Under the pieces are notes generated by a model. The model was given only the letters and a program-made list of their open reading frames with translations, did no database searches and had not been told where the DNA came from. Shown here in pieces: positions 38,701-50,548 of a DNA stretch of 64,000 bases. Position 1 is the first letter of the stretch; each line of letters starts with the position of its first letter. Source of the DNA: Auanema rhodensis (taxonomy: Eukaryota; Animalia; Nematoda); the NCBI GenBank assembly GCA_964057225.1, contig OZ059894.1:16926001-16990000 (forward strand), written 5' to 3'. Made by a program: the position numbers and the translations under genes.

Positions 38701-41700
38701 CAGAATACATAAATGATTCATCTCCAATAATTAAAGGAGGTATTCGTCGAAAGCGTAAAATATCTAGCAGTGGCTTTTTAGCTTTACGTAGATTTTGCAG
38801 ACTTCGCAGACCTTTGGACAGTACTGCCGGTTTTGTGCGTGTACGCATTCGGTCAAAATGTTTATATGGTGTCGATACCGGATTTTCGTCTTCCGTGTTC
38901 CGGTCGATATGTTCAAAAAGCCGGATATACTTGACTGGATTGAGATAATATCACACTAAATGAGAGTGAGCACCTGCTCCGCTGTCGGCAAAGGAACACA
39001 AAAAAAAATGGCTTCGAACAGCTTGAAAAAAGACTTCTCTCAAAAACGTTTAGGTGAAAGAAAAGCTGTGAAAAGTTTAAGTAGAGAACAAGATGAATGG
39101 GCTTTTCCAAGTTTCACTTCGAGCTCTACACACCTCTTTAATCACATTTTTTTAGTTGTAACATGAGGGGGTTGAACATAAAAAAAAAACAAAAACGAAA
39201 CAAGAAAAAAGACCAGTTAATAAGCATGAACCTGTTTACCAGATAAATTAATAGAACAAAATGTAAATTGTATTGAAATTCAAAAATTAGATGGCTAATC
39301 GACTCTGACGACGACTCACATAAAAATGTTAGAAATCAAGCATATTCCGGCTACGAAGCATGGAATAGAAGCGAAATGAAGCTTAGATCGAGATGAAAAA
39401 GAAATGAAAAGACCATGGAAATAGAATAGACTTCAGAAAAAGAGAGGAATTGAATTGTTTGAGTTCAGATCGCGATGACAACTTCACTCCGTCTGATCAA
39501 CTAATTCATTGAGAAACTGAGACTTTGAATTGCAAAGCAAATTGTCAGTTAATTTCTACTTTGGTTTTAATAAGATCAAAAAGACTTTGATGATGTATTG
39601 TATTTAACAAAAAAATCGAATTAATCAAAAAAAAATTTCAAACGATAATCTTGTTCGATTTATATGTTAACTATATGATATATGATATATGAAGTATGTT
39701 TATATCATTCATACTATATTATAGTTTCCATATATGAGTGAAAACTTGTTGCTTAAGCTCAATTCTACTACGAGGTCGCAGCATATTAGCTTATGAATTG
39801 ATCAAATAGGATATTGAATATGAAAAAGATCTAAACGAACGATAGAAAAATAGCCAGGCAACTGGTCAAAATCATCAACCAATTCTGTCTGTTGGTCCGT
39901 TGTCTCATTTTCTCTGTTTCCCTCTCTATCTCTCTCCTTCTCTCAATGTTATTCTCCAATACCTTTCTCACATACTTTTTCCTTTTCTCTTTGCCTCTCT
40001 CTATTACGATTATTGTTTTTCATTCATCTCTCGCAATATGTAAATGTGCCAGTAAGCGAAATCGGATAGAGGGGCAGGAGATCCACAAATGACCAACAAC
40101 TGATAGATGATGTTTAGTAGAGACAAAAGTCGGCCAAACGTATAAACAACATACAAGGACGTTGCATTCAAAATTATTTATAAGATCTATTCACCGGAAA
40201 TTAGTAAATTTTACTTATTTGTAAAAGTAATTATCACCTTCTGTATATACAAATACATTGTATATAAGAGATAGAAACAAGAGTAGAAGCTGTAATAGGG
40301 AATGATAGAAACTGACTGCTTGGCAATATTAGAGTTAAGGTTTTATGATTTGATTGTATGACAAATTATTGAAGAATTTTAAATATTTTAGTAATTTATA
40401 GAAGAAAAAATGATAAAAATAAGCAAATGAGATCAAAGTCAAGCAACTAAGATCAAAGTCAATGAATGTAACTTTATTTTCCAAAAGATAGGTAATCAGA
40501 TAAGCAACTGTTAGGACATCTGACAAACGAGTTCTTGCTAATTAATAAGCCGCATATCGCATAAGTAATGTGATATACTAATGAGAATAAAGAAACTTTA
40601 TCGAAATAAAATGAACAGACGTATGTTCTAACGGAAAAATAAAAACTAATTGAATGTTTGATTCATAATAGCGTCTTGAAACGTCAAATGAATGTCGTTC
40701 CGTTCGAAAAATACTATAGACAGAAACTTCCAATTTCTTGTCTCACCACGCAATATGTGAAACGAAAAACAGATCAGGAAAGACGGAAAATGAAAAAAAA
40801 ATGTATAAGAAGCTGACCGAAAAGCTGAGAGGCAAATCAGGAAGGTTTGGCCGGATCGTGGAGCCTACTGGCCGTCTCGGTCCACCAATGAATTATTTGC
40901 AGTCCTCTGCACCTTTTGATTCCGGAAACGAAGAAAAGAAAGCAAATAGATTTTTGAAAAGCTTGACTACAGCTTGAGATGAATGATACTACTATGACTA
41001 TACAGTATGATACCATGATGCTTGAAATAGTATCTTATCTATCGAAAGAAGAAAAAAAACAAATGAAATGACAAGTTAAAATATCAAAAATCTGAATGAA
41101 ACTAATTTTCTAAAAGCATTGAAAAAGTTTTCAGAGTTCAAAGGTTTTTAGAAAATCTTAATACGATACAAATACGACTTAATAGTTTAAATAAATAATT
41201 TGAAATTGAAAATGAATAAAATTATAAAGATAAATCTAATAATCATTGACTAAGCGCTGGTGAACCATTAGATAATGAGCAACATCTGTATGTATTCATG
41301 TTGGTAAAACATCAAACAGATGTTCCAAGATAATCAGAAAATGTATTTCTAATGCTATGCGATTAGGTAGAGTTCTTATAATTAATTAAAACAACTTTTA
41401 GATAGTGAAGCTTCATTAATCAGCGAAAAATCCACGTTTAGGAGTAATGAAGTGGAAAGTTTTCGAAAAAAGAAAATGGAAGTGTGAACTGGCTTTAAGC
41501 AAATGATGAGTAGACCAATGGCTATTCTATTCGGACTAAAAGATGGAACGATCAGATAATCTGCTCGCGTGGTTACCGAGGAAAACACATACATGAAGAA
41601 ACAAAAGAATGGATGGATGTGCGAATAAAAAGATGATGAGAACGTTAGAGAGTAGGGTGGTAAAAGGTAAAGAAGAAACATTAATGACCTGGAAAGTAGA

Positions 41701-42066
41701 CAGCCGACTGCGGTAGCCAGATAGAGATAGAGCAACAAACGAAGGATAAAAGTTAAGAAAGAGTAATCAGAGAGTTATACAGACGATGAAATATATCAAA
41801 TGATAGAGAAACAAAAAGAGAGAGAGAGAGAGAGAGAGAGTTGAACTAGCACATGACAAAGACCGTATACCGGCATATGGTCCCTTTTGCATGTCCTCAG
41901 CCAACTCTATAGCTGATAATCAGTGTTTGTTGTTAGCCGAAGGTCATCCGCACACGCACACACATAGAAACTCCGTTAGGTTCACATGATAAAGAACTTG
42001 TAAGAGAAGGATAGAAACATGAAATATTCAATAAAAAGAATATACAGATGAAGAAAATAGAAATAA

Positions 42067-42132
<66 letters not shown>

Positions 42133-45100
42133 AGAATGTTTGTATATGAGGTAAAAATGCTATGAAGAAATGCTCAGCTAATAATCAGATACATAACCTA
42201 AAGAGATAGGATGATATGTTAGTATAAGATGAATATATCAGATAAACAATGTGATTAGAAAGCTAAACTCACATAGCAAAACCAGTTGAATGCAACCAAT
42301 TCACTTGAATCGAACATACTAAATGGCCGTTCAATTTTATAATTTATATTCTAATTGAGTACAATATGCTAATAGTTAAGTATGCGTTGCGCTAACTCAT
42401 GTCAAAACTAATTTATATATTTGAATAAATAAAATGTTCCAGACAGCTTTAAAAATGAATTTCAGCTTATTCCAGGACTTAGAGGCTGTTGAAAGTTGTT
42501 CAATCAGACGTTACTTGGATGATGAAGATTCTAGTATTGTGTCAATAGGATATATGACAGATACAAAGAGCAATTGTGCTGTTTTAGCTCGAATTTGCTG
42601 AATATTACTACAAGTGAATGAAGATGGAGAAGAAGAAGATGTGAATAAGATAGTAGAATGGATTATAAGTTAATAGCAAGAATAAGAAGAATTCAGCAAC
42701 TTTTCACTAAATATCTCTCACTACGACAACTTCTACGATCTGGTAATAAAATTCATTTAATTATTTGGAAGATCTGTCTTCAAATGACCAAGCTATATGA
42801 TATAAAATACCACAAATGGCTAAAATATTATGCGATTTCAACTTTAATGCTGGGAATTTTTCAATAAACATCTTTCTGTTCAGCCGTTAACTGATAAACT
42901 TCTATCAAAATCAAATAAAATAAGTTCAAAAAGGTATTAATTCCACCAAAATCTAGATGTATTAAATTTTCTTTTCGATATTTCTGTATAAGGAATAAAA
43001 TGAAAGAACAATAATATTTAGGAGTATCATTGAATTTTAAGTGTTAAGTGCAATGAAATACAAATTGTGAATGAAGTGTGAAGTGAAATCAAAAGAATAA
43101 AACACTTGAAATAGAAAAATATAATATACATATATGTAAATAAGTTATAGTTCTAAAGTATAAATGTTAATTACTATTTGTTTATATATAAATGCAACAA
43201 CTAATAGTAAAAGTATTTGGTCAAGTATCCATAAATAGAATGTACAAGTAGAGAAATGTGCAAAAATATTATTGACCTAGTAATGGGTCAGAGACAATAC
43301 ACTTGGTCGTTACTGAAGATATGTATATTTGATTAATATTTTTACCCAATTTTAAGAAAATTCAATGAAAAATAAATAAAATAATCTGATTAGTTGAGTA
43401 AAAAATAGAAAAATCGAATATGAGTCTTATTGGATCAAAAGTGAATAGAGTTCTCTAGGTCAGCTTAGGTCTCACTCTATGGCGCAATACATGCGATGAG
43501 AATATTTGATATAGCATTAAAGGAATAAGTAATCTCAATATAATATATAATTAAATATAAAGTATAAGATATCATTACATAAGAATTTGTATGAAAAAAA
43601 CAAAAATATGTAAAGAATAAGAATACATACCTGGAGTAATGTTTCGAACAATTGATATGATATCAGGTGGAGGCAGGACAACTAGCTTATTCAACCTTTG
43701 CTGAAACAAATTGAAAATTTTTTTCTTATGTATAAAGATTTTCTTGTATCTGTTTAAAAGAACATTTAAAAGAACAAATTTGACAGGACAATTACTTTAA
43801 GAGTATAAGCTAAACTGGTCAGGATAGTTGTACAACTTTAGTATGATTTCATGTCATTCTGAATTGCTGACTATTCGACGAAAAACGTGATTTGAGAATC
43901 ACAATAGGCTGCTTGACCATTTATGGAAAATTTGTGAAGAGTAACGTATGTATATAATGATTGACAGACTATGTAAAGTATAAGGTTTACATGTTATATT
44001 TTGAATTATATACTATACTATTTATGTTAATTTATAATAATAATACATATTTTTTAAACTAATTACCTTATAAAAACGTCGTATTGTCTCCAGAAGTGAA
44101 AACAGTAAACGTTGTTTAGTTGTAAAATCACGTATTGAATCAGAATCCCCCACTGTAACCAAAGCAACACTTCTAGGATCTCTGTAATCATTTCGAATAA
44201 ACTTATAGTTTGTATTTGATTATATTATTATTTTTTTATATTGATCAAAGATAACATCGTTAATCTGATGGATTTATAGAAATATTTGCAAATATCATAT
44301 TGATATTTCACTTTTGTGTTGAATCATCTAAACTATACCATCCAGTAGTCATAAAAAAAAGTTTTTTTTTCATGAATCTGGTAGCCACATGCTACATGTG
44401 TATTAGAATTTGACAATCAGCGGATTTTCATAAACTTCAGTTTGATGAACTGTGTATTGGGCCTCGAACTGAACCGGACAAATTCATGATTCATTTCTTG
44501 TTTACAAATATTTTAACTTGATACTTTATAAATATAAAGTACGTATTAAATATGCATTTATAGATATATGAACTAAAAATAAATTATAAAATAGTTTCAG
44601 TTCATAATTCATAGTTCATACGTTAATTTTAATATTTTTTTATAAAACATAATAACATATAAAATAATATTTAAATAAAGATTTAGATGGAATACTTATT
44701 GTAAGAATAAAACTTTTTTTCTATAAAACAGGCATATCAACTTGTAATTGTTAGGATTTTAATAAAATATGTTTGTTTAATCATAACAATCTCATAAAAA
44801 TTGTAAAAAAAACTTATGAATTTGTGAGAAAAGAAAAAAGATTTTAAGAAAAATACAAGATGTAAAACAAAATGTAAATTTTACGAGACAAAAATGAGTG
44901 ATTGAAGATGATTCAATGTACAGAAAACCGGCTTATGAAAGACTTTTAAGTAAACGGTTTGGTACTGCCATTCGTAGTTCACATCGTCACAGTTGTGTGG
45001 GATGAGATAACCTTGAGTATGAAACTGGTACATCAAATGTCATTTGCATAGCAAATTATACATAATTGACTAAAGCCCATGCTGTTTCATAACCAAAGAT

Positions 45101-45540
45101 GGCATTTAATTGAAGAAAAAACTGATTTCTTCAGAAGGAAATGTAAATTTTTCATTGTTATATCATTACGAATGTATTATTCATTATCATTTTTAGCAAA
45201 AATAATTTCTGATGCTCAGATTATATTAATATCTTTGATAAACAGTCTTAGAAAACATTTGATAATCACAACTTACATTTCTTTGTACAATAAATTCAGA
45301 AGAATTCCGTCACATATTTCTTTATATTGGATATCTAAGTTGCGACGACCGGGTATTCGCCAACGATTTTCGGAAACAACAGCTGCTGGCCCATAACAGC
45401 AATCCCTAAAAAAATAATGATAGTATTTAATTGAATAATGTTAGTTAATATTTCAATTTAAAAAGAAATCTGAAGAAATTGTACCTGAGCCATGCTCCTA
45501 GAGGATCTTGCCAAAACTCGTCTTCAGCTAAATCCATCAT
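26721..45540 (-). CDS. grdn-1: Girdin/Daple (CCDC88, Hook-related protein), ~34 exons
   Basis: N-terminal Hook domain ([12 protein letters not shown]; [19 protein letters not shown]; [11 protein letters not shown]; [27 protein letters not shown]), long coiled coil, conserved [42 protein letters not shown], and C-terminal [10 protein letters not shown] (Daple-type PDZ-binding motif). First exons 45485-45540, ~45277-45405, ~44067-44181, ~43631-43700; last exon ~26721-26826. Confidence 0.96.
28241..28631 (-). CDS. Candidate alternatively spliced grdn-1 segment: exon extension 28343-28631 plus 23-nt micro-exon 28241-28263
   Basis: The frame stays open for ~96 codons past the donor at 28632/28631. 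A second donor AA|GTAATT (phase 2) and a 23-nt AG/GT-flanked exon restore phase 1 for the 27704 acceptor. Confidence 0.55.
30913..30972 (-). CDS. Candidate internal first exon of grdn-1 ([20 protein letters not shown])
   Basis: ATG-initiated 60 nt, donor TTC|GTAAGT, phase 0 matching the next exon (EELQRQD, from 30813). Confidence 0.6.
33113..33147 (-). CDS. Candidate internal first exon of grdn-1 ([12 protein letters not shown])
   Basis: ATG-initiated 35 nt, donor TG|GTAAGA, phase 2 matching the acceptor near 33025 (TG|G = Trp, then [10 protein letters not shown]). Confidence 0.5.
35596..35628. repeat. Dispersed ~33-bp element, copy 2 (in grdn-1 intron)
   Basis: TCGCGTGATACACGTGAAACACACGTATACGTA. 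Confidence 0.65.
38686..38848 (-). CDS. Candidate alternative first exon of grdn-1 (54 aa basic leader)
   Basis: [54 protein letters not shown] + G|GTCAGT; 163 nt gives phase 1, matching the exon at 36402 (G|AT = Asp, ESGEELKK). Coding-like GC content inside an AT-rich 7.2-kb intron. Confidence 0.72.
41817..42132. repeat. Two (AG)n microsatellites (41817-41840, ~42067-42132)
   Basis: Direct reading. Confidence 0.95.
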
Positions 45541-48500
45541 AAAAACATCTGTAAGAAAAGGTTAAACAAAACGTTTGATCAAACGGCGAGAAAGGCAACA
45601 AAAATGAGAAAAAAAAACAAAAAACAATAAACGATTTATGAATAAATGGAATAAGGTTATTCTCAGACAACACCAGGCAGGGGGGAAACGAATAGTAGTC
45701 ATGCTCTAATAAATAGTAAAATGAATCTAGTTAAACATAAAATAATGAAATAATGAAGAAATAAAGATAAAATTAAGAAAAATAATTAAATTTATAATTT
45801 ATAGTGAGTTTCACTTATAAGGAGAATAGTAGAGGAATAACATGGAATGATAGAATAAGATAGAAGCGGAACTCTTAAAGCCCTCGTTGGCAATCGAATG
45901 TGAAATTACGATAAGATGAGAAGCACATACATATAAACTACAAAAAGGATATTATCGTCGTCCAGATGACTATTTTAAGTCTACGGAAAAGGAAAAGCTT
46001 ATTCAATCTCCATATTGATCATTAAAAACCATAGGGGGCAGAGTTTTGAAGGCTTTTTTTTTGTGAACGTTCTTGTCATTCTTGTTCCTTCTTACTCTTT
46101 TTGGTATGTTCTATCCTATTGAGATCAGTTTTTATAGAGAAAACCTGATAGAAGAGGAAAGAGAAAAAGGAGTTGAAGAAGAGAAAAGGAGGATACTTCC
46201 CATTAGAGGCAAACATATGGCTTCTGAAAATTGCTAACGACTTTTTCAGGCGGCATTTTAAATGTCGTGGGCATCTGTCAAACCTTTAGTTTATCAAAGA
46301 AAATATCAACAAAAAAAAGTTTTGGATTTTTCAATCAAAATTTCGAAACTGAACAAAAGATTTCGAATATAATCTACTAAATCTGCTATAATTACATATT
46401 TAGAAATAAAAGAACACCGCAATTGGGAGAAATTTAAAGAATTGTCAATAGTATTAGGATATGAATAGAATGAAACAAGTAAATTATAAAGTTTAAATTA
46501 TATAGTTAATAGGAAGGATGAACCTTGTCGGCATAGCATGTTGTATGAGCATCAGTATTTGCGTCCTAATTTTGGTATTGGAGACAATATCCTGGGTCGT
46601 GTACATACATAGCTCCACTGCTGTCGACTGTTCGATGTAATTAAAGATTGATGCATAATAGGATAATAAAGCAAAAGTTGCCAAAATAATGATGACAATA
46701 CTCAAACACATCATTGTTAGATAGAATATATAGTAAAATATATATATAATTCATGAAAATAGTCACAATATTTATGATTTTGATAGTAAACAAAGAATTA
46801 TTTTGAGAGCAATGACTTTTTGATGGGTGATGAGTCAATTTTTTACAAGATTTCTGATTGATTGTTGACAAGCTGAGAGAATAATTTAAAGATGTCATGA
46901 AAAAGTACATACAACTATAAGAGATCATTTGCATAGTTAACATCATTAATTTAAAAAGAAGAGGCCAATGAGAATCGTTATAAGCACATTTATCATCATT
47001 ATATACATAAGATATACATAAAATGTATATTATACTCTAAGGGAGGTCGACAGTAGTGCTATTTCTCACATCAGTTAATCTGGTGAAAACTGACAGCTTT
47101 TACTATAATGGAAAAGCGCAGACATAATCCGTAAGCTTACGCTTGTAGCTGAGCTCAGAATTTAGCAAATCTCCTGAAGCTAGCCAGAAGGACGATGACA
47201 CATATATGAAAAGTAGAATAGGTGAGGATAGATAGAGATTATAATCGGCTCGAGACCCAGAAATATTTTATATGGCCATTGGAGATGACCACCGCGAAAA
47301 TATTCCACTGACAAATGACAAGAACAAGATAGAAATGAGAATGAAAAATGATGTTCTGGCTGATTTTCCTATCGGACTCACATGCAAATATGTATTTTCA
47401 CCAAGATCATCAGACTATTTTCAATGAAATATTAAGAAAATGTTGGATAACGAGAAGGAGAGTTGAATCAAGAAGAGAAAACTAATGAATAGTGCGATAT
47501 TTCTAGGTTAGATGAAAAGTTGATAGAATATCGATGTATTTGAGCGAAATTGGAAAATTAATATGTTGGCTTACTCTGACTCTGAGTAGCCAGAGAGGCA
47601 ATGTAATAGTCGCGCACAATGATTGTAGCTTCACCTTTGCACATTCTTCTCTCATATCTTTATAGTATTTCATTCGTAGTTTGTTGTCAGTTGCTAGTTG
47701 AATTAATGAAAAGAAGATGATATGTAGATGACAGGTTAATGTTAATAAATTGCAAAATTAGGTGAGAATAAATGAAAATAATTTAAAGAAATATCAATTA
47801 AATAGAATATAGGATGTGATAATAGAATTAATCTCCTTTAGAAAACGAAATGAAATGATGTGCGATTCACGTGAATGAAAATAATAATAAGAATGCGAAT
47901 ACGAATGTAAGATCCGAAATTGCGTTAAATTTTATAAATATTTTATGAAATATTATTAAATTCTGAGCATAATTAGTATATTTAATGTAGTAATATGCTA
48001 TAAAATTTAAGTTAAGACCTACTTGTCTATATATAATCAATAATTTATAAATATAAATAAAATTTTCATAATAAATGAAGATTTGTGAAGAACAATTTAA
48101 AAAAAAATTAAAAATGTCATGCTGGTTCAAAAAGATACACATCTTTGATAGAAATTGATAGAAATTGAAACGATTTTCATATACTATTGTGAGGGCTGTG
48201 GACAACAATTCATTCTTTTTCTAATGCTAGACATAGGCTAGTTAGCAGGTGGTAGTAGAGGCCGAATAAAGCAATGAAGGAAGTCGCTTAAAGGCAGATA
48301 AAACGATCTGAACAGACGTTGTATTGGAAAAATGTATAAAAGAAAGAAAGATCACAGATGATATTGAAAATTATGAAAGAACATAAAATATGCAAATGGT
48401 CTGAAATCTAACTTTAGAACAGGAGTATTATTATAGGTGGCTAAGGCTGTAAGGAATGCGAATTGATGAACAGCGAACAGTTTTCTATTTTCATTTTTTT

Positions 48501-50510
48501 TTGTTCGGTCACATTAAATAAAAATGCAAATTAGCGGCCTTGAAAAATGAGAAGGAGTCTTGTGTCTGAGTATCTAATTAGATGGTTAAGAATATCCTAG
48601 AGTAGCCACAAAAGGCTAGATATCTGGGTAAAAAACCCAAAAAAAAAGGATTTTTCTTGCTTCACTCTATCTTTAGTTCCTGCTCGTTGACCGTATGAAT
48701 ACAAGTATTGTATTAACAATAAGTAGAATATAGAATATCACAGATTGTTAGGATGAGCATTAGCCATAAGGACGAGCATAATATGGAATAAGAGAACATC
48801 AAAGAATATATTAGCATGATAAAATAGAAAATTTGAGATTTTAGGTTAATGATCATTGTTGTGTGTACAATAACAATGCTTAATCAGCAACATCAATAAT
48901 ATAAATAAAAATATAATTCTAAAACTTTGTGAGTAAGTTGGAAAGAAAAATAGAAAAGACAACTTGACTGTATGACGCCTAGGTTAGACGACTAGTACTT
49001 CACTCCCAGCTAAAGGTGGGCGGCAAAAAACACAGAGAGAGAATGCTCAAGTTGGATACGGACGCGTCCTGATATTGAAGTGGATTAGTTTGTATACACG
49101 CGGCAAGTTAAAGAAAGGCAACTTAAGACGATCTATTTCAGGATTATTATTCAAATTAGAATATATACATATGGATATTTAACTATGTGAATATAGAGTT
49201 AAGATATGGGAGAGAAGAAACCATATGAGCAGAAAAACGGTTATGGAAGGAATGAGATGATGATGACTAGGACAGGGATATGTGCACATGGACTCTAAAT
49301 GACCGTGTCGTGATGTATTGATCGGCTTCTCTGACCCAACAACCTAACATATAGCCTCATCTAACCTGGGAGAGCTTACTCCCCTTAACTACAAGCCGTC
49401 TTAGTCTGACCTCTCTTATACTCAATGCTATACCATTCATATTTCTATTTCTCTTTCTATCTCTCATTTCTCTCATAAACCTCACCTGTACTGTTTATAA
49501 GGATTACCCATGTTGAATAAATTAGTCTCAACGGATATAGTCAAGACACAATTACCCAAAAAGGGCTGATTCAGCCAGGTGGCTTCCGTAGATACATCTA
49601 TCCTGCCCATCAAACACACGGAAATACATTATAAACAATCGAGGTTCAAGCGGAAGCTAATAGATAAGGTTTCCCTGCTTTAAAATGTTCTGTTCACAGA
49701 GAAAAAAAGATCAAACTGAATGATGAAAACATATATTAGAAGAGTTTTGATGATGTCATTGAATGTCCAGTTTAATAGTTAATTATAATTTAGAATAATG
49801 TTAATAATAAACTCAAAAATGAAATTCAATATAGCGATTAGAACTTTTAAATTACTTGAAAGCGTTTCAAATGGAAATTGAACTGCAAAAAGTAGCAAAA
49901 ACTGATAAAGTTTGTCATAATCGCTATTCTTTCTTATCAACTGAATAGGTTCAAATATCTTAATTTAGCATTTCAAATTATGAAAAAAAAGTAAATATGT
50001 ATATAAGTATTTCAGTTAGAATTATCACAAAAAAATCTTAATAAAATCGATTTAATTACATTTTTTGAATTTTAGCTTCTTAATGACGCTATTGATATCA
50101 GTTAATGCCTCAAACAAAAAAAGAAATAATGTATCAAAAAGGAAACTAAAGAAGGAATGAAATTACAAAACGTTGAGTAGAAAAATCTAAAAAAGAAAAT
50201 TTGAAAATGTTTTCCATAAATGTATATGTAATGTAGTTTGTTTTGGCATTTTGTATGTATACATATGGATGTAACAAAAAAATGATTGGTAAGATAGTTA
50301 AATATCAAATTTAGCGGGTAAAGTTGAAGAATAATACAACAGGTAGAGGGGTAGTCTTAAAACAAAAAATGTTATAGATTCTGTTGATTTGTTGTATTTT
50401 CTTATCTGTAAAAGTAAATTCAAAATATTATCTAAAATAGTATAAAACGGAAGTCAAAGTTGAAAACATAAACAAGTACAAACTTATATAATATGTATAC
50501 CTCTTTTTTT

Positions 50511-50548
<38 letters not shown>
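50511..50548. repeat. Compound (CT)n(AT)n microsatellite
   Basis: Direct reading. Confidence 0.9.

Noticed and set aside
42455-42660. Coding-like patch (48-aa plus-strand ORF; open minus frame)
   Set aside because: No homology recognised, and donor phase incompatible with grdn-1.
43455-43470. Isolated TTAGGC/TTAGGT telomere-like words (also ~16410, ~31793, ~59709)
   Set aside because: Single hexamers expected by chance; no array.
45656-45672. X-box-like GTTGTC-TGAG-AATAAC ~120 nt upstream of the grdn-1 ATG
   Set aside because: 4-nt spacer and weak second half-site; does not fit the DAF-19 consensus despite the suggestive position.
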